From NCBI GenBank assembly GCA_019058275.1, contig JAHLVW010000103.1, positions 32,001 through 96,000 on the forward strand: a stretch of DNA of 64,000 nt. Direction: 5' to 3'. Both the position numbers and the translations under genes were made by a program. Below the pieces are notes generated by a model. It worked only from the letters and a program-made list of their open reading frames with translations. It had not been told where the DNA came from and made no database searches. The stretch comes from Candidatus Heimdallarchaeota archaeon. Its GTDB lineage: Archaea > Asgardarchaeota > Heimdallarchaeia > JABLTI01. The stretch's first letter is position 1, and each line of letters opens with the position of its first letter. This document shows positions 20,060 to 31,531 of this stretch, piece after piece.

Positions 20060-21757
20060 TTAGATTTTCAAGACAAATAACTTGCGATATTCTATCATTT
20101 GTCCGGTTTTCTTATCTCGTTCTTCAATTACTGCATCTTTAGTTATTCGTGTGATACCATTTTCCAGTGATAGATGTTTTAAGGCTTCAACAATTGGCTT
20201 CTTCTGCTTTACAAGATTTTCCCACATGCTCAATTGGTTTGCTAATTTTTGTTGCTCTTCTGCAATATCCTCAGCAAGTTTCTTTAGACCTTTATCTTCA
20301 GTTATGAAACCAGCCTTCATCAGATAATCTTTAGCTTTCTCGATATCTAGTTCTGCCAAAGCTAATTGGGCAAAAAGCCAATAAGCTTGTGCTAGAAGCA
20401 CATGAAACTGCTCTTTTGATGCTATATCAACTAGAACATTAACCTTGTTTTTGACTTCCTCTAATATCTCTAATTCACCAGAAATTTGCAATTCTTTTAA
20501 GAGAATTGCTGAGTGATTAATTAACGCAATAACTTGCCAATAAGGAGGTAGATTTTCTTCAATTAGTACCTCTTCAAAAATTGCTGCAGCCTTACTCCAA
20601 TCACTCATTCGAGTGTCTGCTTTTAATACAAGGTCAGATGTAAATCGGTACAATCTATAAATTTTCTCACTTTCAACTATCTGATTAATTAATCTCAATT
20701 GCTCCAAATATTGTTGAGCTTTTTGATGTTCATTTTTATCTATAGATAGAGTAATTAAATTATACAAAACAGCAGGGAGTATTCTTCTCTTATCACCTAT
20801 CTCTTCACATTTCTTAAGTGCTTTAAGGTTGTATTTCATAGCAAGATTATATTTTCCCATTTGATGGTAAATTGCACCAATATTACTGAATACTACTTGA
20901 ACTCCTAGTATTTGCTCCCCTAGAAAAGCTAGGTATTTTAGGTAATATTCTAAAGAAAGTTCAAGCTCTAATAAAGCACTATAAGTAGAACCCAGATCAT
21001 TATAGATATATGGCAAGTCTCTTTTTGCATCAATCTCCTCGTTTAGCTCAACAGCTTTTTGATGCAATTCTAATGCTTTACTTAAGCTGCGTCTGTTCTT
21101 TTGATTAACACCTAAACCATAGTATGCAGCTGCCATGTCTTGTTTGTTTCCTAAGGATTCTGCAATTTTGAGACCCTTTTCATAAAGCTCATCTCAGTTT
21201 TTGTATTTCATTTGTAATCTAAAATTATCACCTAAGACTATAGTTATTTGAGCTATCAATTGCTTGTTATCACATCTTTCAGCAAAACTTAAAGCTTGCT
21301 TACAGTATTCCAATGCAAGACTATATTCTCCCTTTACATAAGGTACACCTACTTTTAGAAGCAACAACAATGCTTTTCGTTTTGCATAAGCTTTCTTTGA
21401 CAATTTATCTAATTTTTGAAGCAATTGTTCACCTAAATGTAAAGTAACTAAATGTTGCACAAAATTCCCTGTCCTCCAGTATGCTTCAGATTGTTGTATT
21501 AAAACATCAAGACGCGGGAGAACTAAATCTTGATCTTGACTTTCTTTTATTACTGCTTCTGCAATTACAAGGACTTCTTGGTAATCACCCATTTTGGTCA
21601 GAATTTCACTTTTTAGAGCTAAACAGGTAAGCTTCTCTTCCAATTTAATATCGTCGATTTTAAGTGTCTTTTCAATAGATTTTAGCGCTTTCTTGAATTC
21701 TCCTTGACTTATATGTTGTTCTATTTTCTTTAATTGCTTTTTTACATCTGATGTCAA
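20060..21757 (-). pseudogene. TPR-repeat protein with in-frame TGA at 21194-21196
   Basis: Both ORFs are TPR (NDLGSTY, NIGAIY); linker KN*DELYEKGLKIAESLGNKQDM is in frame. Confidence 0.85.
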
Positions 21758-22059
21758 AAATCTCCCCTCTTATAATTATAAAAAATATGCAATCAAAAGA
21801 TTTTCTGTCGATAGTTGGTGCAATGTCAATTAGTGGAAGTAGTACTTGAGTATGAAAAATCCTAAATTCACCAAAGGATAGAGGAAATTTTCTTTTTTAA
21901 TCAGATTTTTGTATAAAAAATATGATTATCGGCAAAAAATTATTAAAATAAAATAAAGTTTGTACTAATTAAGGGGAAAAGAACAAAACAAAATTTAATC
22001 TTCAACTCGGACAAGGTTTCTTTTTTAATAATGAGTCTTTTCCCCAGAGAAAAGGAAAC

Positions 22060-22087
22060 TGGACGGGGTAAAATTATTCCCCGTCCA
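22060..22087 (-). terminator. GC-rich hairpin downstream of 22105-23001
   Basis: TGGACGGGG-10nt-CCCCGTCCA; followed on the minus strand by GTTTCCTTTT. Confidence 0.6.
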
Positions 22088-22104
22088 ACTAATACTTATG
22101 AACA

Positions 22105-23001
22105 TTAATCCATTAAATCCTCTAATTTAAAACTATGAAGAATATCAGTTGCTATCTGAATGTATTTTTGTAAATCATCTCTTACGTTCCTTGAAGTAGC
22201 TACTTCTAAAGCAACTTTAAGGGTATCAATAGACTCACTCAATAGAATATAGCTTCCATAATTAAACTCATGTTTGCTACTGACGAATTCTTCTACAAGT
22301 TCCATGGCACTGATAGTATCCTCATCACTAATTTTATCTGCAAATATTAATTTCTTTTCAGCAACTTTAACGTTAATGTTTTCTTTTCTAATGAGATATT
22401 CAATTTTTGCTATTAACTCCTTTTCAGTTAGATCAACTTCTTCTTGCACAGCAGAGCTTCGGAAAATAGGTTCTTTGGTTAATTGAAGGATAAAGAGAAA
22501 CATAAGCAAAATTGAGGAAAATAACGAAGAATAAAAACAAACAGATAATCGCAAATGATGATAATATGGATGGCGTATAAAATAAATTACTAGTAATAAC
22601 GTAAAAATTAATGCAGCAAATGAAGGAATAAAACCTAGAAGTCCTAATCTTTTAGAAGGAAATCTAAAGGTAATTTTACCAAGAGAACACAACAACAAGA
22701 GAATAGACATCACTAAACAGAGAAGGAATGCAAAGAATAGTAATTTCAGAGAATTAGAAGACCAAGATGATGAAGCAAAACGTAATTTTAATTCTACAAA
22801 ATGCGTAATTAATCCATGAGTATGCCAGGTAGCAAATGGAGAAATTACAAGAAATATCATTGCAACCAAGCTGATAAAAATTGCTAGAGAATTTATATAA
22901 ACAAATGGATTTTTACTTGCTCGTACAGAATGACCATCTTGTGAAGAATTAGTCAATGCATCAGTCAAAAAAATCCTCTCTAATATTATTTCCTTGTTCA
23001 A
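22105..23001 (-). CDS. 4-TM membrane protein with acidic helical C-terminal domain
   Basis: Four hydrophobic segments, then about 115 aa soluble domain. Confidence 0.7.
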   Translation of the reverse strand: MNKEIILERIFLTDALTNSSQDGHSVRASKNPFVYINSLAIFISLVAMIFLVISPFATWHTHGLITHFVELKLRFASSSWSSNSLKLLFFAFLLCLVMSILLLLCSLGKITFRFPSKRLGLLGFIPSFAALIFTLLLVIYFIRHPYYHHLRLSVCFYSSLFSSILLMFLFILQLTKEPIFRSSAVQEEVDLTEKELIAKIEYLIRKENINVKVAEKKLIFADKISDEDTISAMELVEEFVSSKHEFNYGSYILLSESIDTLKVALEVATSRNVRDDLQKYIQIATDILHSFKLEDLMD

Positions 23002-23154
23002 AGTTTATTAGTGTTTCATTCAAAATCAATTAGAAAAGGCATTAATTTTATCTACTTATTAATGTGGGAATTGTTTTGATACAGCTTTTCGTAGTGTTCA
23101 CATTTCTTCTTAAACAAATCTTAGTGCAACTAAGCAAAATGAAAAATAAAAAAA

Positions 23155-23199
23155 GTAGAATCACTGCACACACTTCTTCTTTAAGGTCTAGAAGTGTTA
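23155..23199. repeat. Dispersed intergenic repeat, copy A
   Basis: GTAGAATCACTGCACACACTTCTT is identical at 25006-25029; TCTTTAAGGTCTAGA..TGTTA is shared with ~24150-24174. Confidence 0.85.
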
Positions 23200-24042
23200 A
23201 GAATCTCTTGTTTCTCGTTTATAAGCTTTTGAGAAATCAATTTCCTCTGGAAGATGCAAAGCACGACCTTCCATACCACCAGCAATGGTAATAATCTCAC
23301 CAGAAATATGACCAGATACTTTATCTGAAGCCAATATAGCAATAATATTTGCTATATCATCTGCTTCTGCAATCTTTTTCAATGGAACAGTTTTCAAAAC
23401 ATGTTTAATGCCTTCTTCATCATCAAGGTATTTTTCTGTCATTGGTGAAACCGTCCAGCCTGGACAAACAGCATTTACTCTACCTAATCGTACAACATTA
23501 ATTATCTCGTTTTTCAAACTTCTAGTTAAACCATAACTTATCGCTGCTTTTGCAGTTGAATAATCAGCATGACCTGCTTCTCCAAAAACAGCAGAAGTAG
23601 AACCTACAATAATAATACTTGCTGCTTCTCCATCGAATTTACGAAGTTGTTGGATAAAAGAACGACAACAGAGGAAGACACTATCAAGATCGACAGCCAT
23701 AGTTTTTTTCCATCTCTTCAAAGTCATTTTTTCAATTTCAACATATTCTTCAGACCAAATGGAAGCATTGCATATAAGAATATCAATTCTCCCCTTTTCC
23801 TTCTCAATTTGCTTAAACATTTCAAGAACTTGTTCTTCACTAGAGAGATCTGCTTTAATACAAAGGGTTTTTTTACCTATTTCATTTGCTAATTTCTTAG
23901 CTCTATTCTCACTACTATTATAATGAACAATAACATCAACACCTTCTGCAGCAAGTACCCGAGCTGTCGCTGCACCAATTCCACCAGAAGCGCCAGTTAT
24001 TAGTGCTACTTTTCCTTCAAGATCTAGATTCATTCTTATCAA
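23197..24042 (-). CDS. SDR family oxidoreductase (FabG-like)
   Basis: TGASGGIG, YSTAK, VNAVCPGW. Confidence 0.9.
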   Translation of the reverse strand: MIRMNLDLEGKVALITGASGGIGAATARVLAAEGVDVIVHYNSSENRAKKLANEIGKKTLCIKADLSSEEQVLEMFKQIEKEKGRIDILICNASIWSEEYVEIEKMTLKRWKKTMAVDLDSVFLCCRSFIQQLRKFDGEAASIIIVGSTSAVFGEAGHADYSTAKAAISYGLTRSLKNEIINVVRLGRVNAVCPGWTVSPMTEKYLDDEEGIKHVLKTVPLKKIAEADDIANIIAILASDKVSGHISGEIITIAGGMEGRALHLPEEIDFSKAYKRETRDS

Positions 24043-24124
24043 TTTCTATATTTATTTAACCAGGTAATTAGTTTTAGCATTGAATGCACTTATTAGTTAG
24101 TTCTGAATACCATCATCAAGTTTC

Positions 24125-24174
24125 AATAAAAAACGAATGTTCTCACTCGCTTCCTCTTTAAGGTCTAGATGTTA
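24125..24174. repeat. Dispersed intergenic repeat, diverged copy B
   Basis: AATAAAAAA..GAAT..TCAC..CTTCCTCTTTAAGGTCTAGATGTTA aligns with 23145-23199. Confidence 0.7.
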
Positions 24175-24570
24175 GATTTCTAAGAGTTGTCTAGTTAAGC
24201 GAATCTGACGATTTTGACGATACCAAAAATAGAAACAAATAGTGAGAAGTAAGCAGAAAGAAAAGGGAAGAAAGGAAAGTAAGAGAAACGAATCTACAGC
24301 ACCTAGAAAAAGAGAAGTAATCAAATAAACAAAAAAAACTAGTGTTCCGAGAGAACTAGTTATTGTAAGAGCATAAGATAAAGAGAAAGAGCGATCATAT
24401 GTTTGTTGCAATTTCTGAAAGTAACGATGAACGAAGAAAACAATAACAAACAGCAAAGCAGCTGCAGGAAGAGAAAGACCAATCATCGATAAACCTCTAA
24501 GAGTGTCAAAACGATAAGGATAGGGCATGACATTCAATACTTCTAGATAATCAATGAAAATGAATTCCAT
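24172..24570 (-). CDS. Small membrane protein (3 TM)
   Basis: Hydrophobic 132-aa ORF. Confidence 0.6.
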   Translation of the reverse strand: MEFIFIDYLEVLNVMPYPYRFDTLRGLSMIGLSLPAAALLFVIVFFVHRYFQKLQQTYDRSFSLSYALTITSSLGTLVFFVYLITSLFLGAVDSFLLLSFLPFSFCLLLTICFYFWYRQNRQIRLTRQLLEI

Positions 24571-24656
24571 CCTCTAATTAACCCCTATTTGTTCAAACAC
24601 TAATATTATAATTGTAGTTCTATTCAAATTAAGGTTTTCGTAAAACAAAGAAAAAA

Positions 24657-24923
24657 CTAGAAGGGGAAGTAGCCTATCAAAACAAAAACAGCAATTGATA
24701 GTAATAAACCAAAGAAGAAACCAAAAACCTTTGGAAAGTACTTCTTACTTTCTGGATTAATCTTTCTCAGTTTAATGAGTTGTATCAGATAGTAGATAAA
24801 AAGACTGCAAAAGGCCAGCATTGCTAAAAATAACATCAACTGTGCTGTAAAATAAACCCAAAACCATTTTGGAAACGGTTCGGGATTATTGATTATATAA
24901 TAGTTGAAAAATCTTTCTAGCAC
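24657..24923 (-). CDS. Small membrane protein (2 TM)
   Basis: 88 aa; GAGGGAG RBS before GTG. Confidence 0.6.
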   Translation of the reverse strand: MLERFFNYYIINNPEPFPKWFWVYFTAQLMLFLAMLAFCSLFIYYLIQLIKLRKINPESKKYFPKVFGFFFGLLLSIAVFVLIGYFPF

Positions 24924-25005
24924 TCATACTCCCTCATCAAAGATTAAATATAGATTCTCTTCAAAATTCAAAAAAGTATTGTCTTATTAAAGATGACAAA
25001 AAAAT

Positions 25006-25029
25006 GTAGAATCACTGCACACACTTCTT
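25006..25029. repeat. Dispersed intergenic repeat, copy C
   Basis: 24/24 identity to 23155-23178. Confidence 0.85.
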
Positions 25030-25065
25030 TATATAACTGCAATAAATTTGTTATAAAAATCAAAG

Positions 25066-25680
25066 CTAATAAAATATTCGGGTTATTAATGCATTAATTG
25101 GAACGTGGGTTCCATTCTCTTGGCTTTCCTCTAAAACCATCCTAAGTTTTCTTTCCTCTGATAACTTACTCATTGTTGTTAGAACAAAATAGCTTATTCC
25201 TAGAGCTGCAAATATACCAAGATTTATTTCCAAGAATATCAAATATCTGTACTTTTGAAAGAATACGCTTATCTTCTCAATGGGAATTGCTACTTCTTTA
25301 TTTAGATAGCCTTCTGAATGTAATGATAAATTAATAATTGTATGAGAATTGACAATAGTTGTTTCATTAGAAGATCTAAAAACATAAGCTGTAACAGGAT
25401 CTATTCTATAACCCCAATAATTATCATAATAGATTAATCTACCAAATGCTAAATAACTGCCATCCTTAGTGTGCCTTGCTGCGTACTTTATAAGATCCCA
25501 ATAGATATCTTTTGAAGTTTCAATGGCAATTTGATCTCCATTAGCATCATGAATAACAGCCCACTTGCTTCCATCATGAGATAATTTATCGTTAGAATTC
25601 AAAGCAATTGCAAGAATACCAAGACCAATGGTTACTGCTAATAATATTGAACCAACAGTTTTTGCAATATCTCTATTCAT
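25066..25680 (-). CDS. Membrane protein with extracellular domain between two TMs
   Basis: N-terminal and C-proximal TMs; DNYWGYRIDP loop; GGGGAG RBS. Confidence 0.65.
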   Translation of the reverse strand: MNRDIAKTVGSILLAVTIGLGILAIALNSNDKLSHDGSKWAVIHDANGDQIAIETSKDIYWDLIKYAARHTKDGSYLAFGRLIYYDNYWGYRIDPVTAYVFRSSNETTIVNSHTIINLSLHSEGYLNKEVAIPIEKISVFFQKYRYLIFLEINLGIFAALGISYFVLTTMSKLSEERKLRMVLEESQENGTHVPINALITRIFY

Positions 25681-25921
25681 ATTCTACTTAACTCCCCAGT
25701 TAAACATATGTACCTCATTTTGAATTATTGATAAAAATGCTATTTAATGATTGTTATCTTTAAGGAAATTTAAGCTACAAGATATTTAAGGATAATTAAA
25801 CTGTTTTTAAAAAAATTATCATCAAACAATTGCATTTCATTAGTTGTGAAATTCTTGCATAATATGCTAAAAGTATATTAATTTTGTAGAACAAAATACA
25901 AAAGATAGGAGATAATTAACG

Positions 25922-27040
25922 ATGAAAGTTGATACGTTTTTGGTAGAGCAATTTATGGATAAATATGAACTCAATGTTGAGATAAATATTGCAGAAACTT
26001 GTGTTGACCCCTTCACATTGGGTGAATTTCTTGGATTAATGGACTATGAGTATTTCTTCGAAGAGTTCAAAAGCAGAAAATTAACTTATGGTCATATTAA
26101 TGGATCACCTGAACTCCGAAGTGGCATTGCTAACCTCTATAATAAAATGAAAGCTGATAATATTTTACTTTCTGGTGGTGCTATTGGAGCAAACTTTCTA
26201 GCTTTTTATAGCCTTGTAGAACCTGGCGATACTGTCATTTCAATTTTCCCTGCTTATCAACAATTGTATAGTACTGCAAGATCATTCGGTGCAACTGTTA
26301 GGTTATGGAAATTAAAATGGGAAGAGCAATGGGTACCAAATCTTGAAGACCTTTCATCACTTGTGGATAAAAAAACCAAAATGATAGTTATAAATAATCC
26401 ACATAATCCTTCTGGATACCTTATCAACAATGATTATCTTAAACAAATCTGCAAAATAGCAGAAGAGTGTGATGCCTATTTGCTTTATGATGAAGCATAT
26501 AAAGGACTATATCTAAACGATAACGATTCAGTTACTTCTGCAGTAGATATTTATGATAAAGCTATTTCAACAGGTTCCTTTTCAAAAGGTCTTTCACTAA
26601 CTGGATTGCGATTAGGTTGGATTGCTGCTAGTAAACCGATTATTGAAGAATGTATTCGTCACAGACATTATACAACTATTAGCAATGGAATGATTGATGA
26701 TTCTCTTGCAGCTCTAGCAATGCAACATGTTGATAGAATTTACAAACGAAATTTGAATATTGTTAGAACGAATTTCAAGATATTAAATGAGTGGATTGAA
26801 AACGAACCATTGATTGATTGGGTACCTGCTAAAGCAGGAAGTGTAGGCTTTTTGAAATACAATATCGAGATGCCTTCAGAGGAATTAAGCTTGAAGTTAA
26901 TCAAGGAAAAAAGCACCTTTCTGGTTCCAGGTTCATGTTTTGAAATGGAAGGCTTCCTGCGTATTGGATTCGGTAATAACACTAATACACTCATTGCTGG
27001 ATTGGAACGATTTAAGAAATTCCTAGATGCTTATTGCTAG
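25922..27040 (+). CDS. PLP-dependent aminotransferase class I/II
   Basis: NNPHNPSG, DEAY, SFSKGLSLTGLRLGW. Confidence 0.92.
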   Translation: MKVDTFLVEQFMDKYELNVEINIAETCVDPFTLGEFLGLMDYEYFFEEFKSRKLTYGHINGSPELRSGIANLYNKMKADNILLSGGAIGANFLAFYSLVEPGDTVISIFPAYQQLYSTARSFGATVRLWKLKWEEQWVPNLEDLSSLVDKKTKMIVINNPHNPSGYLINNDYLKQICKIAEECDAYLLYDEAYKGLYLNDNDSVTSAVDIYDKAISTGSFSKGLSLTGLRLGWIAASKPIIEECIRHRHYTTISNGMIDDSLAALAMQHVDRIYKRNLNIVRTNFKILNEWIENEPLIDWVPAKAGSVGFLKYNIEMPSEELSLKLIKEKSTFLVPGSCFEMEGFLRIGFGNNTNTLIAGLERFKKFLDAYC

Positions 27041-27064
27041 AATCATAATGTCAATAATGGATAG

Positions 27065-27397
27065 TTGTTTGACATGAATAGTAAAAAAACATATTCAGTT
27101 CTAATAATAGACAATTTTCATATGGATCCTGAATATGATTATGTAATTGAAGGATTTTCTACAAAAGAAATCGCAATTGAATTTGCTAGACGTTGGGTGA
27201 GATCTTCTGTAGAACATCAACGTAAATCAAATGCTGATAGAGATGAGTTAAAGCTTCTATAGTATCAATTTGGTGAAGATGCTGCTGTTCTAGGAGCTGA
27301 CTATGCTGGTGGTGATGAATTAAACTTCTTTCTTGATAATCCAGCATCACCAGAAGAATGTGATTGGTAATCAATTAAACAAGTATCAAAGAAGTAG
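27065..27397 (+). pseudogene. Hypothetical protein broken by TAG (27260) and TAA (27368)
   Basis: Reads ELKLL*YQFGEDAAVLGADYAGGDELNFFLDNPASPEECDW*SIKQ in one frame. Confidence 0.65.
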
Positions 27398-27478
27398 CTT
27401 TCATTCAATTAGCAATTAAGATTTAAACAGAAAAAGTGGCGTTTTTAAGGTTCTTTAATAATAATTTAGCAAAGGATT

Positions 27479-27892
27479 TTGGTGTATCTTTTGTTAATAA
27501 ACCCGAAAGAAGCAATCACTAGTGAAGACACTCGAGATAATATTGAGATCTCTTCAGATATACTAAGAAAATATCAGAAAGCAATACACTACAAACCAGA
27601 CGATTATAAAAAATGGGTTAGATTAGGTTTTATCTATTTACAACATAGAAAATTGACATAAGCTGCTGACTGCTTTTTTCAAGCACTTAAATTGGATGTA
27701 AATTCATGCATCATATGGAATATTTTGGGATCGATCTTTTACATGCAAGGTAAGAAAGCTCTGGGTGTTATATGTGTTCATAAAGCTCTGAACTTGAATC
27801 CTCGATATTTTAATGCTAAACTCTTTTTGGAAATGATAAATAATAGAAAAGAGAGTAAGAACTCTCACATGAAACCAAAATTATTTTATTAG
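27479..27892 (+). pseudogene. TPR protein with in-frame TAA at 27659-27661
   Basis: WVRLGFIY..KLT*AADCFFQALKLD..WNILG..ALNLNP is a continuous TPR pattern. Confidence 0.8.
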
Positions 27893-27958
27893 AATTTCTA
27901 GCAGAGTAAGCTCAAAATTTTTTCACAGAAAATGAACTTTCTGTGCAATACTTTCTTC

Positions 27959-29155
27959 TTAACCAATGTGTTTTTTGAGGGCTTTTGTAATCCTTTCTAA
28001 TGCATCCTGTAATACTGATCTTGGACAAGCAAGATTAAATCTTTGAAAACCTTCACCAGATTTACCAAACATTGCTCCATCATCTAAGCAAACTTTCGCT
28101 TCTTCTTTGATAATTCTGTCTAGTTCCTTTGGTTCAATACCTAGCTTTCCAAAATCAACCCAAGGTAAATATGATCCTTCCAAATCGAAAACCATTATGT
28201 TCTGATGAAAATCAGCAAAAAAGGATTTTAAAAACTCAAAATTCTGCCATAAATACTTCAATAATTCATCAAGCCATTCTTCACATTTATTATAAACAGT
28301 TTCAGTGGCAACTGCTCCAAAAATAGTAGGAGCTCTTATTGAGAGATTAGTTATTTGTGCAAAATATTCATCGCAAAGTATCTTATTAGGTATAATCACA
28401 ATGCTTGATTTCAATCCTGCAATATTGAATGTTTTTGATGGAGCTACACAAGTTATTGACTTCTGGGCGAATTCATCTGAAATTGTAGCATATGGGATAT
28501 GCTGATTGTTCTGAAAAATCAAATCACAGTGAATTTCATCAGAGATAACAATTACATTGTTTTCATTACAAATTTTGCCCATTTCAGTTAATTCCTTCTT
28601 GGTCCAAACTCGACCAACTGGATTATGTGGGGAGCATAAAATGAATTGTTTTGTACGAGGTTCTTTACACTTCTTCTCTAAATCATCAAAATCAACTTCA
28701 TAATGATTATCATTTATGACTAGTTGATTGTTTAAAACATTCCTTCCATTATTCTTTATAGAACTAGCAAAAGGATAGTATACTGGTTCTTGAATGATAA
28801 TATTATCTCCTGGTTGAGTAAAATATTGTATTATGAAATTAATCGCTGGGACAACACCTGGAGCAAATTTAATCCAATCCTTTTCTATAGCCCAATTATG
28901 TCTGCGTTTAAACCAATTTATTATCGCATCATAATATGATTTTGGTGGAACAGTATAACCAAATATTCCATGATCAACTCTTTTTCTAAGTGCATTGATT
29001 AATTCATTAGGAGCACGAAAATCCATATCTGCTACCCAAAGTGGAAGCATATCATCGTATTTGAAGTACTCTTTCATAAACTCTTGATTCCATTTAATTG
29101 CATTTGATTTCGTTCTATCTATTATTTCGTCAAAATTCCATTTGGGTTTTGTCAA
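27959..29155 (-). CDS. MalY/PatB family PLP enzyme (cystathionine beta-lyase-like)
   Basis: LWVADMDF, CSPHNPVGRVW, SDEIH, APSKTFN, RFNLACP. Confidence 0.93.
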   Translation of the reverse strand: MTKPKWNFDEIIDRTKSNAIKWNQEFMKEYFKYDDMLPLWVADMDFRAPNELINALRKRVDHGIFGYTVPPKSYYDAIINWFKRRHNWAIEKDWIKFAPGVVPAINFIIQYFTQPGDNIIIQEPVYYPFASSIKNNGRNVLNNQLVINDNHYEVDFDDLEKKCKEPRTKQFILCSPHNPVGRVWTKKELTEMGKICNENNVIVISDEIHCDLIFQNNQHIPYATISDEFAQKSITCVAPSKTFNIAGLKSSIVIIPNKILCDEYFAQITNLSIRAPTIFGAVATETVYNKCEEWLDELLKYLWQNFEFLKSFFADFHQNIMVFDLEGSYLPWVDFGKLGIEPKELDRIIKEEAKVCLDDGAMFGKSGEGFQRFNLACPRSVLQDALERITKALKKHIG

Positions 29156-29283
29156 GCTTTTACACCAACATATCTAAGACTAATGCATTCAACTAGCTAA
29201 TCTAAATTTATTTTTCTGAATTTAATTTTATTGGGTGATGATTTTACACATTACTTTTATTTTCTTTCAAAACATAGTACTCT

Positions 29284-30321
29284 TTGATAGTTATGGAGTG
29301 TTTGTTGAAACAACAAGGAATACCTCAAGGCAGCTGTTATACAATTACAGATAATGGTACAAAAAAGAAGGCTTGTGAGGTAACACTAAGAACCAAAGAT
29401 AATCAATATGAGCGCTTAATCAAATCAAAACACCTTTCACGACCAGAAGATTATTACTCTATCTATCAGAGTGGATGTAACCATGATTGCTTAAAGTGTC
29501 ACTCCTCTGAGTTTTCGAAGAGGGTAAACGGTCAATGGATTAGTGAGGATGAGCTAGCAAAGATTGCCAATGAGTATCTTTCCTATGTAACTGTTTTTGA
29601 ACCCAAAAATAGAGTAACCATGTGGCATGCTGAGGATCTTTGCTTACATTGTGGTTCTTGTATTATACATGGTAGAAAATCCAAATATTGTCCTGGAAAA
29701 CTATCAACTTCTGATATTGTTCTTTCCCCTCAAGGATTTGGTCCGGCTAGAAATATTTTAGCATTCACTGGAGGAGATTTGACATGCAATCCGAATTACT
29801 ATGCCAATGTTGCAAGTAAAATCAAAGAGGAAACTGATGGAAAGATAAGGGTTCTAGTTGAGAGTAATGGTTATGCTCTTACAAAGAAAAACCTCAAGAC
29901 ACTCAAAGAGGGTGGTGTTGATTCCTTTTGGTTGGATTTAAAAGCATATGATAATGAAATTTATCAGAAGTTATGTGGAACTCCGAATAATACTGTATTA
30001 AAATCAGTTGAATTAATTGTTGATCTAGAATTTACACTTGAAATCTTAATTCTTTACATCCCAAATTATGTAGAAACTGATCAACACAAGCAAATTGCTC
30101 AATTAGTCGTTGATGTAGACAATGAAATTCCAATTACTTTATTGGCTTTCTTTCCTTCTTATAAACTAATTAACAATCGCTCACCAACATTCCAAGAAAT
30201 GATGACAAGTTATTATGAGCTAAAAGCTGCTGGACTGAAAAACATGCGATTAGGAAATCTTGGAGTATTCGCTAAAACAGCTGAGCAAATTGAACAGATT
30301 CATTCATTGAAAAATCGTTGA
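29284..30321 (+). CDS. Radical SAM protein (PflA/activating-enzyme-like)
   Basis: GCNHDCLKC, extra CLHCGSC..C insert, FTGGD, ESNG, DLKA. Confidence 0.85.
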   Translation: MIVMECLLKQQGIPQGSCYTITDNGTKKKACEVTLRTKDNQYERLIKSKHLSRPEDYYSIYQSGCNHDCLKCHSSEFSKRVNGQWISEDELAKIANEYLSYVTVFEPKNRVTMWHAEDLCLHCGSCIIHGRKSKYCPGKLSTSDIVLSPQGFGPARNILAFTGGDLTCNPNYYANVASKIKEETDGKIRVLVESNGYALTKKNLKTLKEGGVDSFWLDLKAYDNEIYQKLCGTPNNTVLKSVELIVDLEFTLEILILYIPNYVETDQHKQIAQLVVDVDNEIPITLLAFFPSYKLINNRSPTFQEMMTSYYELKAAGLKNMRLGNLGVFAKTAEQIEQIHSLKNR

Positions 30322-30370
30322 TATAAGTTCAAGAAAGATTTTTCATTCATATCTAATATAACTGTAAGAT

Positions 30371-31493
30371 ATGTGGAAATATTGGAGCGCTAAGATGGAG
30401 CTTTTAGCAGGTTCATCTTTTAGTAATATTATAAGATTATCTTGGTAAAACAAGTTTCGCGTCCACCCAAAATGTTGGTATAGATATTACATAGCAGTTA
30501 GAGCAAGTCATTATTTCTTGCCTTTTAGATTAATAGAACGAATGAAATATAATCGAAAGATAAGAGAAACTGATATCGAACAGGATCCAATTTTCATAAT
30601 AGGTCATTGGCGAACAGGAACAACATTACTACATTCTATGTTAACTAAAGATGAGAACTTTGGTTATGTTACTAATCTAGAAACTTATTATCCACATTTC
30701 TTTTTATTGTTTGAAAAATTAACTCGCAGAATTATCGATTTCGCTTTACCAAAAACAAGGTCCATGGATAATGTAAAACTAAGCAGTTTTGAGACAGCAG
30801 AAGAAGAATTTGCTATTGGAAGTTATGACAAATATAGTTTCTATCATCATTTCATTTTTCCAAGAAATTTTGAATTGTACTCAAAATATCTTTTCTTTGA
30901 TGAATGTACACAAGAGGAAATACAACGTTGGAAAACAAGATATCAATTTTTCCTCAAAAAGATTACACTAAAACATAATGGAAAAAGATTAGTATTAAAA
31001 AAATCCCGCAAATACTCCTCGAGTAAAATACCTTCTTGAAATGTTCCCTGATGCAAAATTCATACACACATATCGAAATCCATACTTTGTTTTTTCTTCA
31101 ACGCTTAAATTATTTAGAAATCTACTACCAGTGTTTTCATTACAAAAATGGGACGATAAGCAAATACAAGATGGTTTTCTTAGAAATTTCAAAAAAATGT
31201 ATGAAATCTTTGAACGAGATAAAAAATTAATTCCAAAAGGAAACTTACTAGATGTTAAGTATGAAGATTTGATAATAGACCCATTAAAAGCATCAAAACA
31301 AACCTACAAAGAACTACTGTTAGATAATTATGAATTGCCAAAAGAAAAATTTGAGTAATACACTAAGCAGCAATCATCGTTTGTACCAAATCAACATGTG
31401 CTATCAGATGACATTATTACAAAGGTCAATGATTATTGGGATCAAATGAGGAGAGATTACAGTTACGAGCGAATGGAAGTTGAGCCTTCTTAG
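30371..31493 (+). pseudogene. Sulfotransferase family protein, multiply disrupted
   Basis: FIIGHWRTGTTLLH, LKNP, FPDAKFIH.YRNP, YEDL; TAA at 30446 and 31356, +1 in an A7 run near 31000. Confidence 0.88.
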
Positions 31494-31531
31494 AATGATT
31501 TATTAAATTCGTATAAAAAATATATTAGCTG

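Noticed and set aside
24050-24180. Integron attC site (ATCTAAC ... GTTAAAT on the minus strand)
   Set aside because: No internal palindromic pairing between the boxes and no integrase in the window
23155-25029. CRISPR array from the 24-bp repeat
   Set aside because: Copies are about 1-2 kb apart with genes between them; no regular spacers or cas genes
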